A program made the translations under genes and the position numbers. The notes beneath the pieces were generated by a model that did no database searches, had not been told where the DNA came from, and was given only the letters and a program-made list of their open reading frames with translations. Shown piece by piece: positions 8,364 through 16,872 of a DNA stretch of 33,198 bases; position 1 is the stretch's first letter, and each line of letters begins with the position of its first letter. Origin of the DNA: an uncultured archaeon (GTDB lineage: Archaea > Asgardarchaeota > Lokiarchaeia > Sigyniarchaeales > SOKP01); NCBI GenBank assembly GCA_964632315.1, contig CAZWEM010000036.1, positions 1-33,198 of the forward strand, written 5' to 3'.

Positions 8364-9311
8364 ATGGCACTTGTAACGACATCCACGCTCCCCAATCAAT
8401 ATGACAAAACGATCGACAAGATGATCATGGACGCCTACATGAAGATTGCGAGTGAGTACCCGCAGTTCTTCCAGGCATCTCCTGCGCCGAAAGGCAAAAC
8501 GTACAAGGAGTCCACGATCACCGGCCTCGGCAACATGCGGGAGCTCGGCGAAGGCGAAGGTGTCGACTTCGATCAGCCGGCAGAAGGCGATACGGTCGAG
8601 CGGTCGTACACCAAGTTCGGTCTGGGGTTCCAGATCGTCGAAGAGGCTGAGCAGGACGACATCCAGGGGAAGCTCCCTCGTGTAGCAGGCACCCTCGGGC
8701 GCTCGGCCGCACATAGGATCGACCTGTCCGCGTTTCAGATCCTCAACCTTGGCGATACGGTCGCTTCGGTAGCCGGTCGCGACGGGCTGGCGCTGTTCGC
8801 CGACAATCACGTCACGCTGAAAAGCGGTGACACCATCGACAACAAGGGAACTGCGGCACTGAGTGAGACTGCACTTCAGGCAGCCTTCGAGTATTTCAAC
8901 ACGCTGCTCACCCACGAAGGTTTCCCGGCTCAGCTTACCCTTTCGAAGGTGCTCGCAAGTGAGCCCAACCGCTGGATGCTCAACCGTCTGGCGAAGCAGC
9001 AGGGTGCGATCTCCACCTCGGGGGCAGCCCCCGACATGAGCGGCAACGACATGACGACCAACCCCGCGAATGGGTACGTCAATGCGTGGTCCGCGCATAT
9101 CCTTCGCTACCTCGGAGCCACTTTCGGTGGGGCCGCGGATGCGTGGTTTGCCCTCTCGCAGATGGCCGACCTGCGCCTGTTCTGGAAGTGGAAACCGCGG
9201 ACCGAAGCGGCGAGCGACTTCCGGACCGGCAACCGGCTGTACAAGCTCACCCTGCGCTTTCAGGCATTCTCGAACGACTACGAGACCATGTACGGCTCCT
9301 TTCCTACTTAG
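8364..9311 (+). CDS. Major capsid protein (HK97 fold, Mu gpT-like)
   Basis: 315 aa with motifs GLGNMRELGEG, YTKFGLGFQI, DGLALFADNH and AWF. Strong SD upstream and a terminator downstream. Confidence 0.85.
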   Translation: MALVTTSTLPNQYDKTIDKMIMDAYMKIASEYPQFFQASPAPKGKTYKESTITGLGNMRELGEGEGVDFDQPAEGDTVERSYTKFGLGFQIVEEAEQDDIQGKLPRVAGTLGRSAAHRIDLSAFQILNLGDTVASVAGRDGLALFADNHVTLKSGDTIDNKGTAALSETALQAAFEYFNTLLTHEGFPAQLTLSKVLASEPNRWMLNRLAKQQGAISTSGAAPDMSGNDMTTNPANGYVNAWSAHILRYLGATFGGAADAWFALSQMADLRLFWKWKPRTEAASDFRTGNRLYKLTLRFQAFSNDYETMYGSFPT

Positions 9312-9336
9312 GCCAAGGGACCGTAGGGCATATCGG

Positions 9337-9373
9337 GGGAGAGGAGATGGGGGTCTTCTCTCCCTTTTTCTTT
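9337..9373 (+). terminator. Rho-independent terminator after the capsid gene
   Basis: GGGAGAGGAGA-loop-TCTTCTCTCCC followed by TTTTTCTTT. Confidence 0.8.
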
Positions 9374-9384
9374 AGGAGGTGAGA

Positions 9385-9621
9385 ATGGCTGAGCAACACG
9401 TCACCGTTGGAACTGGTACGCATAGTGACGGCTCCACGTACGACATTCTCGAAGCACAATACGCGACCACCCGCCGTGGGTTCCACGGACCGTGGTTCGT
9501 CTGCCCTATTAACGGGAACACGCTCCCGAAATCGGAAGGTGTGAAGATAAAGGGCGTCTATTACTCTCCGCAGGCGGCTCAAGATATCTTGGCCTCTGAG
9601 GCGAAAAAGAAGAAGGGGTAA
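9385..9621 (+). CDS. Hypothetical protein
   Basis: AGGAGGT SD upstream; abuts the next gene. Confidence 0.65.
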   Translation: MAEQHVTVGTGTHSDGSTYDILEAQYATTRRGFHGPWFVCPINGNTLPKSEGVKIKGVYYSPQAAQDILASEAKKKKG

Positions 9622-9622
9622 T

Positions 9623-9868
9623 ATGGCATTTTCAAATCTGAATACGCTTGTCTGGAAGGGTGCTGCAGGTTCTGCGGCAACGGCTACTACGGGTACGGTT
9701 GTAATTGACCGTATCGATGCCGACGGTGCGGTCACTGTAACCGATGGCGCGGACAAGGCCATTGCCACCTTTACCGCAGCAGGATCTCGGGAATACAAAG
9801 ACGGCCTTCTTGTTCGCGGGCTGAAGCGGGACGACGGCGCCGGCAACGTAGAGATTACCATCCGGTAA
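9623..9868 (+). CDS. Hypothetical small virion protein
   Basis: 81 aa, Ala/Thr/Gly-rich beta-type ORF in the structural operon. Confidence 0.65.
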   Translation: MAFSNLNTLVWKGAAGSAATATTGTVVIDRIDADGAVTVTDGADKAIATFTAAGSREYKDGLLVRGLKRDDGAGNVEITIR

Positions 9869-9878
9869 GGGGGAGTCT

Positions 9879-10772
9879 ATGGACACCCTCGGAGAACTGG
9901 TAAAAGAACTCTACGACACTCTCGGCACACCCGAGGAGTACGATCCTTACGAAGACGATGGGGTAACACTCGACACTGGTAGTGAAGAATGGGCTACACT
10001 CGTTCGGGGGCTCAATTCCGCAGTTCGGGCACTTCTTACCTGGAAAGACCCCATTCGAGGTTGGCAGTTTCGCTTCAAATCATGCTACGAACAGCGTTAC
10101 GTGCAGGCTGTTGTGCTATCAGGTACAGCGCAGGCCGGCGGCACTACGCACACACTTCAACTTGATGCTTCCCACACTGGCGGAGCGGCCAACGGTTATC
10201 GGGACTGGGTTGTGGACGTTGGAGACGGGACATACCGAACTGTTGTTGCCTCAGATGCGGCTTCAGTGACAGTTGGAAAGGCTTTCACAGCGGCTCCCGA
10301 TGCGACGACTACTTACTCGCTCTACCAACGCTACATCTTAATCACAATCGACAGACAATTCGTCGACGTCCTGAAAGTGTTCGATATGGAGGCCGATCAG
10401 GAGCTAAATATGGCTCCGAGAGGTACAACCTATCGTTCGCCCTATACGCTTGGGGCTCCTTCGGAATGGCTGCGCCGCGCGGACAAGATATTCTTCGACA
10501 CAGTTCCGTCCGATGAACGGTGGCTCGAACTCGAGTGCTACATTCTCCCCGCAGCTATGGCCGCTGAGGACGATGTACCACCTGTTCCTCCGCAATTTCG
10601 GTGGGGGCTCGTACTATGGGCACAGGCGTGGGGGTTCTCGCACACGCAGGAGCCCGCTGATATGAAAGCTGCTCAGCAACGGTTCGTCGATTTCATGCGC
10701 TCAACGCAAGGAGAGCTCGATATCGACCAGTCGAGGAACGCTGATCTCGGCGGTGTCGTGGAGGTAGGCTGA
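9879..10772 (+). CDS. Head-tail adaptor / tail tubular protein A-like
   Basis: N-terminal TLGELVKEL helices and C-terminal DDVPPVPPQFRWGLVLWA, typical of podovirus adaptors. Position after the capsid gene. Confidence 0.7.
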   Translation: MDTLGELVKELYDTLGTPEEYDPYEDDGVTLDTGSEEWATLVRGLNSAVRALLTWKDPIRGWQFRFKSCYEQRYVQAVVLSGTAQAGGTTHTLQLDASHTGGAANGYRDWVVDVGDGTYRTVVASDAASVTVGKAFTAAPDATTTYSLYQRYILITIDRQFVDVLKVFDMEADQELNMAPRGTTYRSPYTLGAPSEWLRRADKIFFDTVPSDERWLELECYILPAAMAAEDDVPPVPPQFRWGLVLWAQAWGFSHTQEPADMKAAQQRFVDFMRSTQGELDIDQSRNADLGGVVEVG

Positions 10773-11626
10773 TGGGTACTTGGAATAACTCCTACGAGGC
10801 GTCCCCTTCTGGAAGCAACACTTTTGGTCAGGTCGACGATATTTTTCGGGATCTGAAGACAACGACTCGAACCATTCTTGCGCACGAGCATGACTTCGAT
10901 CTTGCCGATACAGGCAATCAGGGCGCACACCTTGCCGGCAGCGCGAAAGCGTACTATGGCGGAAATGCTCCGACAGATCGCCCTGGAGGATGGAAGGCGC
11001 TCGATGCCGAAGACGCCGGAAGGTCATGGCATGACACGGAAGGCGATGGCGTCCTGAAAGTGTACAGCGGTAGTGCGTGGATTCTCGCTCAGGTACTACC
11101 GGTCGGAACGGTGTTGATGTTCGACGGCTCGTTCACCAACAACGTCACCATGCCCGGTTGGTACATCTGTGATGGCAACAACGGCACCCCTAACCTCGTA
11201 GCCAAGTTCATTCGTGGGGCCGCAACGAGCGGTGATACAGGCGGCGCTGATAGTGTGACGATGACTGCCAACATGCTTGTTGCGCATTCGCATGCACTCT
11301 CGGAGGCAAACGCCGGGCTCACTCTGGATAATGCAGGCAGTCACTATCACCTTTTGGCGTACAACCACAATGAAGACTCTACGGTAGCGCCAACCAGCTC
11401 AAACTACCTCGCAATCATCTACCAGCCAGGCCTTATTGGGGGCCCGGGCGCTTATTTTCCGCCCGGAGTAGCTTCACCGCCTAATGCCGGAAGATCTTCC
11501 ACCACGCCGGATCACACGCATACTTTAACTGTCGATGGCGCAACCGATGCCAGCGCTGATGCGACAGAGGACATCCCGACCGTTCCCAGCTACTACGCAG
11601 TCGTGTTCATCAAAAGGATGAGCTAA
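10772..11626 (+). CDS. Tail fibre protein with tail-collar-like domain
   Basis: PVGTVLMF...PGWYICDGNNGTPNL..KFIRG collar motif, HxH motifs, and C-terminal PSYYAVVFIKR. Confidence 0.8.
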   Translation: MGTWNNSYEASPSGSNTFGQVDDIFRDLKTTTRTILAHEHDFDLADTGNQGAHLAGSAKAYYGGNAPTDRPGGWKALDAEDAGRSWHDTEGDGVLKVYSGSAWILAQVLPVGTVLMFDGSFTNNVTMPGWYICDGNNGTPNLVAKFIRGAATSGDTGGADSVTMTANMLVAHSHALSEANAGLTLDNAGSHYHLLAYNHNEDSTVAPTSSNYLAIIYQPGLIGGPGAYFPPGVASPPNAGRSSTTPDHTHTLTVDGATDASADATEDIPTVPSYYAVVFIKRMS

Positions 11627-13518
11627 TGGCCGTAGAGGGGAACAACGGCCTTAATTCAACCAATCGCCCCGGTTCGATGGATGTGAAGGGGATGGAGCGC
11701 GAGCTCTTTCCCTTCGATGCCTTTGAGTACGAGGCCGACCAAGATAGCAACAACTACCTTATCACGCTCAAAGATCCTTGGACGCTGGATGGAGGGAAGC
11801 TGGCGCCGAATAGTGTCACCGCTGACGCTATATCGACAGACACCCTAACAGCGCTGTTTGCTTCTCTGAACAACCTCTCTGTAACCGACGAGGGGATAAT
11901 AGGCTACAACTCCGCAAGTCCCGGCTTGGCCACAGTAGGAGATACTCGTGTCATTCTCTCCAGCGACAAGATAGAGTTTCAGAAATGTACCGAGATCTAC
12001 TACGTCGGAGCACCGGCAAACCATGCTGAATGGACTACCATCACGCAGATTGATGGAAAGTTCGCAGATGGGAATGTCGCATCCTACATAAAGACCTCGA
12101 TAATCGCACCAATGAAGGCGGACATCACTAACTATTTCGGTACCCCCCTTCCGCCCGAGGGTGATGTGTGGGAGTTCGAAGACGCGAACTTTACCTCCGA
12201 AAATGGCGCGGATATGCGTGTCGTCTCCGCTACGTACGAATTTACTACAGACCCGAGTGAGGTTATCTATCGCACCACCTCTCTGAAGGCTACCGACCCG
12301 TCGTTGAATTACTTCATCATCGACCACTTCCTCAGCGACTTCAGCGAACCGTTCACGATTGGATTCACTGTACGTGTAGAAGGCACGGCAGAGCTTTTGG
12401 GAGATCGGCAGCTCGTCGTTTTTAACGCCCACAAGACCGACTTTGTTGGGGCTGAAGTTGACTATGACTACACTGCCGGAGAAATAAAAGTTGTTGCGCG
12501 CACAACTTCCGAAACTTCCGAGCCTGCAGGTGGTCCTTCGAGTTTCGCAGACGGAGACACAATAGCGGTCACGATCCGGCACGATCCAGCCAACAAGACA
12601 CTTTTTGTCACTGCAGGATATAACGAGACAGTGTTCCTCTACACAGGGACTCTCGGAGCTGACACAGACATACCTCTCACTCTCGTTGTGGCCAAAGGGC
12701 AAATTATCGACAACGTGTTCATTGTTCCTGGCGTTCTTATGGACTCGTCCGATCTCTTTCACATCGGGACCGATCATGTTGTTTGGGATGCTTTCTTCTC
12801 AGATCAAGACATAGCGCTCATTCCCGGCCCTGGAGGAAAGGTACGAGTTAAGGGCGGCTTCGAAGTTGACGGGACTCCATACGACACCGATTGGCACTAT
12901 GTAGGTGATACTGGTGAGCCCGCGTTTCTGAATGGTTGGACGAATTACGGGGGAAGTGGGGGAAGCGCGAAGTTTCGTAAAGACGCAGCAGGAAATGTGT
13001 TCATATCAGGATTGATTAAATCAGGAACGGTCACATTGACTGCGTTTACTTTGCCAGATGGATATAGACCTTCTGAACTTGTAATATTTGCAGTTCAATC
13101 AAATGGCAGTCTTGGAAGAATGGATATAGATTCTGTTGGTAATGTTCTTGTTGTGAGTGGCAGCAATTCATACTTTTCGCTTGAATGTTCTTTCAATGTC
13201 GGCGGCGGCTTCCCAGCGACCGGTCCGACTGGACCACAAGGACCAGATGGCGCAACTGGTGCAACAGGGCCGCAAGGTGCAACAGGTGTTTCAGTTGTCG
13301 CCGGTTCTTACGATCCAGGAACCACATACAACACCGGTGATTATTGTCTGTACAGCGGAAGAACGTATCAATCACTTGACGACAGCAACACAGGTAACAC
13401 ACCTGATTCATCTCCTACTTATTGGGAACAGAAAAACTATCCTTTCACGTTTTCGGAATCTGAACCAACAAGTGGTGACGGCGTTGACGGTGACATTTGG
13501 TTTGTGCTGGAGTCGTGA
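11626..13518 (+). CDS. Multidomain tail fibre / receptor-binding protein
   Basis: Beta-sandwich-like middle region, a fibre tip-like module (FRKDAAGNVFISG...FTLPDGYRP), a short collagen repeat and a small carbohydrate-binding-like module (YDPGTTYNTGD...YW). Confidence 0.75.
   Translation: MAVEGNNGLNSTNRPGSMDVKGMERELFPFDAFEYEADQDSNNYLITLKDPWTLDGGKLAPNSVTADAISTDTLTALFASLNNLSVTDEGIIGYNSASPGLATVGDTRVILSSDKIEFQKCTEIYYVGAPANHAEWTTITQIDGKFADGNVASYIKTSIIAPMKADITNYFGTPLPPEGDVWEFEDANFTSENGADMRVVSATYEFTTDPSEVIYRTTSLKATDPSLNYFIIDHFLSDFSEPFTIGFTVRVEGTAELLGDRQLVVFNAHKTDFVGAEVDYDYTAGEIKVVARTTSETSEPAGGPSSFADGDTIAVTIRHDPANKTLFVTAGYNETVFLYTGTLGADTDIPLTLVVAKGQIIDNVFIVPGVLMDSSDLFHIGTDHVVWDAFFSDQDIALIPGPGGKVRVKGGFEVDGTPYDTDWHYVGDTGEPAFLNGWTNYGGSGGSAKFRKDAAGNVFISGLIKSGTVTLTAFTLPDGYRPSELVIFAVQSNGSLGRMDIDSVGNVLVVSGSNSYFSLECSFNVGGGFPATGPTGPQGPDGATGATGPQGATGVSVVAGSYDPGTTYNTGDYCLYSGRTYQSLDDSNTGNTPDSSPTYWEQKNYPFTFSESEPTSGDGVDGDIWFVLES
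13222..13290 (+). repeat. Collagen-like Gly-X-Y repeat in the tail fibre
   Basis: GPTGPQGPDGATGATGPQGATG. Confidence 0.85.
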
Positions 13519-14681
13519 TGTCAGGACAAGTTAACGTTGCTGGAACATGGAAAAACATCAAAGGAATCATGGTCAAACGTGGTGGCGTTTGGATGTCTGT
13601 CAAGACTCTCTATCAACGTGCAGGTGGTCAATGGGGGGTCTACTACCGGCAGATCATCATCCCACAAAACATCATTGGATTCGATACTCTTGCTGATTCG
13701 CTTTCACAACCCACATCGTGGAAGTTCTGCGATGGAACTGATGGTGCCCCAGACCTACGTTCACTGTATCCAAGGGGGAGCACCAATCAGGGGTCAGTCA
13801 TAACTCCCGCTCCACATTCACCCCCGAACGCGGACATCGTGTCGAGCGCATTCAGTCATTCATATGCGAACTATTACAGGCAGATCGGATCGGGCAATTT
13901 AATCAAGGGTTCGCATACTCACACCTTCCGTCATCAATCGATGAGCGCGAACTCAAGTGCTCCGGCTTACCTGTCCCTACCGGGATTCGTCCTCAACAAG
14001 AAGATGCGAGAGGGTGTCCTGCTATTTTACCGGGGCACTTCCTCACCCACCGGGCAATGGATGGTTCCTACTGGTTACGATGATCTGTTTGTTCGTGGCT
14101 CAGCCAATGCCAATGATGCTATCGCCACGGAAACAACTGGAGCACACACTCACTCAGGATCAGGAGCATATGTACGGATCAATGCAAATCTCATAAGCGT
14201 ACAGCTTGCAAGCAGCCAAAACTATCAGCCAGCGCTGACAAACCACAGCCATGGATGGACACCTCCATCGGCAACAGGTACGGCTACACCTCGGCATGTC
14301 CAGCTACTGCCAATTGTATCTGCTGTAAACCTACCAAAAATCGAGTCCGGGACAGTCGCCTTTTTTTCAGGTGTCGCAGTTCCAACCGGTTGGCAGCTGT
14401 GTGACGGTAATAACGGCTCTCCAGACTACACTGACCTTTTCATCAAACTCAACGCTACCTTGGGTTGGGTATCTGACTCTGCAATGGGCGCAGATGTGCA
14501 CACAGATAGCTGTCCATCATCCGGATCGACCAGTAACCGAAGTAATTCAGTAGTGAATGCATATGGGTCAGCCTTACAGGACTACTCCAACCACAGCCAT
14601 ACAGTCTACGCGCATGATCACGGTTCCACCAACAGCAGTATCCCTTCAAATATACCGCTGTTGATTTGCATGAAAGTCTAA
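13518..14681 (+). CDS. Tail fibre protein with three collar-like repeats
   Basis: Motifs WKFCDGTDGAPDL, PTGQW...DLFVRG and PTGWQLCDGNNGSPD, with multiple HxH motifs. ATG overlaps the upstream TGA. Confidence 0.75.
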   Translation: MSGQVNVAGTWKNIKGIMVKRGGVWMSVKTLYQRAGGQWGVYYRQIIIPQNIIGFDTLADSLSQPTSWKFCDGTDGAPDLRSLYPRGSTNQGSVITPAPHSPPNADIVSSAFSHSYANYYRQIGSGNLIKGSHTHTFRHQSMSANSSAPAYLSLPGFVLNKKMREGVLLFYRGTSSPTGQWMVPTGYDDLFVRGSANANDAIATETTGAHTHSGSGAYVRINANLISVQLASSQNYQPALTNHSHGWTPPSATGTATPRHVQLLPIVSAVNLPKIESGTVAFFSGVAVPTGWQLCDGNNGSPDYTDLFIKLNATLGWVSDSAMGADVHTDSCPSSGSTSNRSNSVVNAYGSALQDYSNHSHTVYAHDHGSTNSSIPSNIPLLICMKV

Positions 14682-14702
14682 TGAGAATATGGAGGTAAGA
14701 TT

Positions 14703-14981
14703 ATGATTAGGAAATTTAGAATCGACGGTTCCGTTGTAAGCAACGAGTACGAGACAATCGATGTTCAAGAGGCTAACAAGACGATCAACGCCGGGACGAT
14801 GGGAGAACTCGACTACTCGGTGAAGAATGCCATGGATACCGGTGATGTCCACAAGGTCGAAATCCTTGTTGATGACCAGCCTGTCCAAACCTTCGCCAAA
14901 GTCTTGTGGATGGGTTGCTCGCACCAGTACTACCGAGACTACATGGGCACAAGCATCACACTGCAGATCGTGGCTGAGTAG
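14703..14981 (+). CDS. Hypothetical protein (possible fibre assembly factor)
   Basis: GGAGGT SD; follows the fibre genes. Confidence 0.6.
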   Translation: MIRKFRIDGSVVSNEYETIDVQEANKTINAGTMGELDYSVKNAMDTGDVHKVEILVDDQPVQTFAKVLWMGCSHQYYRDYMGTSITLQIVAE

Positions 14982-15062
14982 GGTATAATGGACGAGAAAG
15001 GGACACGATGGCAGCGAAAGTGAAGCAGCTACAGGATCTGATTAGCTAAAGGAGGGGTCATA

Positions 15063-15329
15063 ATGAGCGATGATCAGAAGAAAACAGCCGCGATTATTAC
15101 AGCAATCGTCGTTCCCATTGCGCTTTTCCTGGCCTCGACTGCGTGGGCTATAAGGAATTCCGACATCTCGGGTCTCCATGAGACAGACTACGACCAAGAG
15201 GTTCGGATACGTAAGATTGAGCAGCAGGTATCGGGGCTGTTGCCTACCCTGCAGGCTGTGCAAAAGAACCAAGAAGCGATTTTGGGCAAAATCGACCTGC
15301 TTCAGCAGAAAGTTCTTGGAGGGAAATAG
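15063..15329 (+). CDS. Single-TM coiled-coil membrane protein (lysis cluster)
   Basis: N-terminal hydrophobic helix followed by a heptad-rich tail. SD AAGGAGG. Confidence 0.65.
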   Translation: MSDDQKKTAAIITAIVVPIALFLASTAWAIRNSDISGLHETDYDQEVRIRKIEQQVSGLLPTLQAVQKNQEAILGKIDLLQQKVLGGK

Positions 15330-15652
15330 TGAAAGGAAACAAGACGATCGGCCAGCTGCTCATTGACTGCATCGAGGCTGTGTTCGCGCTTGTTGGTGTC
15401 GTAATTGGGCAGCTTGGAGTTATCGTAGTAGCTGACGGAGGAGCAGTAATGACCCTCATCAACATAGTAGGCGCTTGGTGGGTTTCTTGGATGGTCGCAT
15501 GGCTTACTATAGGCCGCGGAGGGGACCTCGAGGGGAAGCGCAAGAACTGGAAGCGCAGAGCGGCTTTCGCGGGGTTGGTTGGGTTTTCGGGGCTCGTTGT
15601 GGTGGCTGCCATACCACAAATTGCCGCGCGCTTCGTAGGAGGGCTTTTCTGA
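15329..15652 (+). CDS. Multi-pass membrane protein, holin candidate
   Basis: About three hydrophobic segments with a basic loop KRKNWKRR; 107 aa. Confidence 0.55.
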   Translation: MKGNKTIGQLLIDCIEAVFALVGVVIGQLGVIVVADGGAVMTLINIVGAWWVSWMVAWLTIGRGGDLEGKRKNWKRRAAFAGLVGFSGLVVVAAIPQIAARFVGGLF

Positions 15653-15653
15653 A

Positions 15654-16226
15654 ATGGACGCGCTAAAAGATCTCGTTCCACAAAATGCACTCTACCTCCC
15701 CGACGCTTTTCGGAAAGGCGGCTGCCGCGCGCGCTCATTGATGGCGATGGCTGAATTCACGCTTCTCCGCGCCATGACGAAGCTCCAGATCCAGCTTGCT
15801 GTTGCCACAGCCCTGCGCTACCCGAGTGTGTTGCGGATCGATACCTCAAGCGGAGAGCCTGAAACCGCGGCCGGCGCCGACGAGCACAAGCTTACCTACT
15901 ACGCCTTTCAGCTCATGGGCGGGTACAATCGCTACTGCCTCCAAGCGGGTGCGCTGAAAGACGGCACATTCTATGACTGGCAGGGAAACATTATCCCAAA
16001 AGACCAGATCGTGTTCTCCGTCCTTGGTTGGGAAACGGACTTCCTTGCAGGGCATTGGACACTTGGAGATAATGAAGCGAATGAACTTTGGGATCCTTGG
16101 AGTGAAGAGGTTGGGCTTGACCCGTGGGATAGCACAGGAACGAAGCCCTATCACATCAACAAGAAGCGCGTGGTGAAGGCATACGCGTACAAAATATTCT
16201 GGGGGAAGCCCCCGGAACTGGCATAG
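15654..16226 (+). CDS. Putative papain-like (C39/DUF261-like) cysteine peptidase, candidate endolysin
   Basis: PQ...GGCRARSL ... GHWTL ... WDPW gives Gln-Cys-His-Asp in papain-fold order. Flanked by membrane-protein genes. Confidence 0.5.
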   Translation: MDALKDLVPQNALYLPDAFRKGGCRARSLMAMAEFTLLRAMTKLQIQLAVATALRYPSVLRIDTSSGEPETAAGADEHKLTYYAFQLMGGYNRYCLQAGALKDGTFYDWQGNIIPKDQIVFSVLGWETDFLAGHWTLGDNEANELWDPWSEEVGLDPWDSTGTKPYHINKKRVVKAYAYKIFWGKPPELA

Positions 16227-16234
16227 GAGGCATC

Positions 16235-16447
16235 ATGGCCAAGAAGAAGAAGAAGTCAGCTTTCAAGAAGCTGCAGGATAACGTAGCGAAAGGCTACGAG
16301 AAGAAGGGAATGAGCAAGGCCAAGGCTGAAGCTATCGGCGGTGGGGTCGCTTACAAGCAGGGTGTCAAGAAGCTCGGCAAGAAGAAGATGACTCAGAAGG
16401 CCGCTGCCGGCCGAAAAGCCGCTTCGAAGAGGAGGAAGAAGAAGTGA
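16235..16447 (+). CDS. Small, highly basic Lys-rich protein
   Basis: 24 Lys and 3 Arg in 70 aa; AGGAGG SD. Confidence 0.75.
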   Translation: MAKKKKKSAFKKLQDNVAKGYEKKGMSKAKAEAIGGGVAYKQGVKKLGKKKMTQKAAAGRKAASKRRKKK

Positions 16448-16863
16448 GTGACGCTCCCTCGGTAAAGGTTCGCCAGGCGAGTGCCTGGGTTGTGTGGGGT
16501 TTCATGCTTGCCTACGTGGCGATGCTCATCCTTGAACTGTTTGTCCAGTTTCCCCTCCCGATTGACGGCAGCACCTATGCGTTGTTCATGGTCGTCGGAG
16601 GATACGTGGGGATCGACCAAGTCGCATCGTATGTGAAATCGAAAACGCTCCCTCCGGGCTACAAGTACACCGGGAGCTACGCAAAGCTACGGAACATGGT
16701 CGTTGGAATGATGGCAATCACACTGTTGGCAATCGTTGTCCAGGCGCTCCTTCCACAACGACCGCTTCCGGTAGATAATGTGATGTTGGCCGCGGGGCTT
16801 ATTGCGGGTTTGTTCGTCGGCGGCAATAAAGCAAACAACGCAGCCGAAGCTCAGACGAAGTAG
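16444..16863 (+). CDS. Four-TM membrane protein, holin candidate
   Basis: Two similar TM-PLP(I/V)D-TM halves; start overlaps the upstream stop. Confidence 0.65.
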   Translation: MSDAPSVKVRQASAWVVWGFMLAYVAMLILELFVQFPLPIDGSTYALFMVVGGYVGIDQVASYVKSKTLPPGYKYTGSYAKLRNMVVGMMAITLLAIVVQALLPQRPLPVDNVMLAAGLIAGLFVGGNKANNAAEAQTK

Positions 16864-16872
16864 GAGATAGTT

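Noticed and set aside
7848-9098. 416-aa antisense ORF over the decoration and capsid genes
   Set aside because: Shadow of strongly biased, GC-rich codon usage on the coding strand; no SD or protein-like features.
10772-14681. Diversity-generating retroelement or invertible tail-fibre cassette
   Set aside because: No reverse transcriptase or recombinase. The similar collar motifs are diverged at the DNA level, not adenine-specific TR/VR pairs or inverted repeats.
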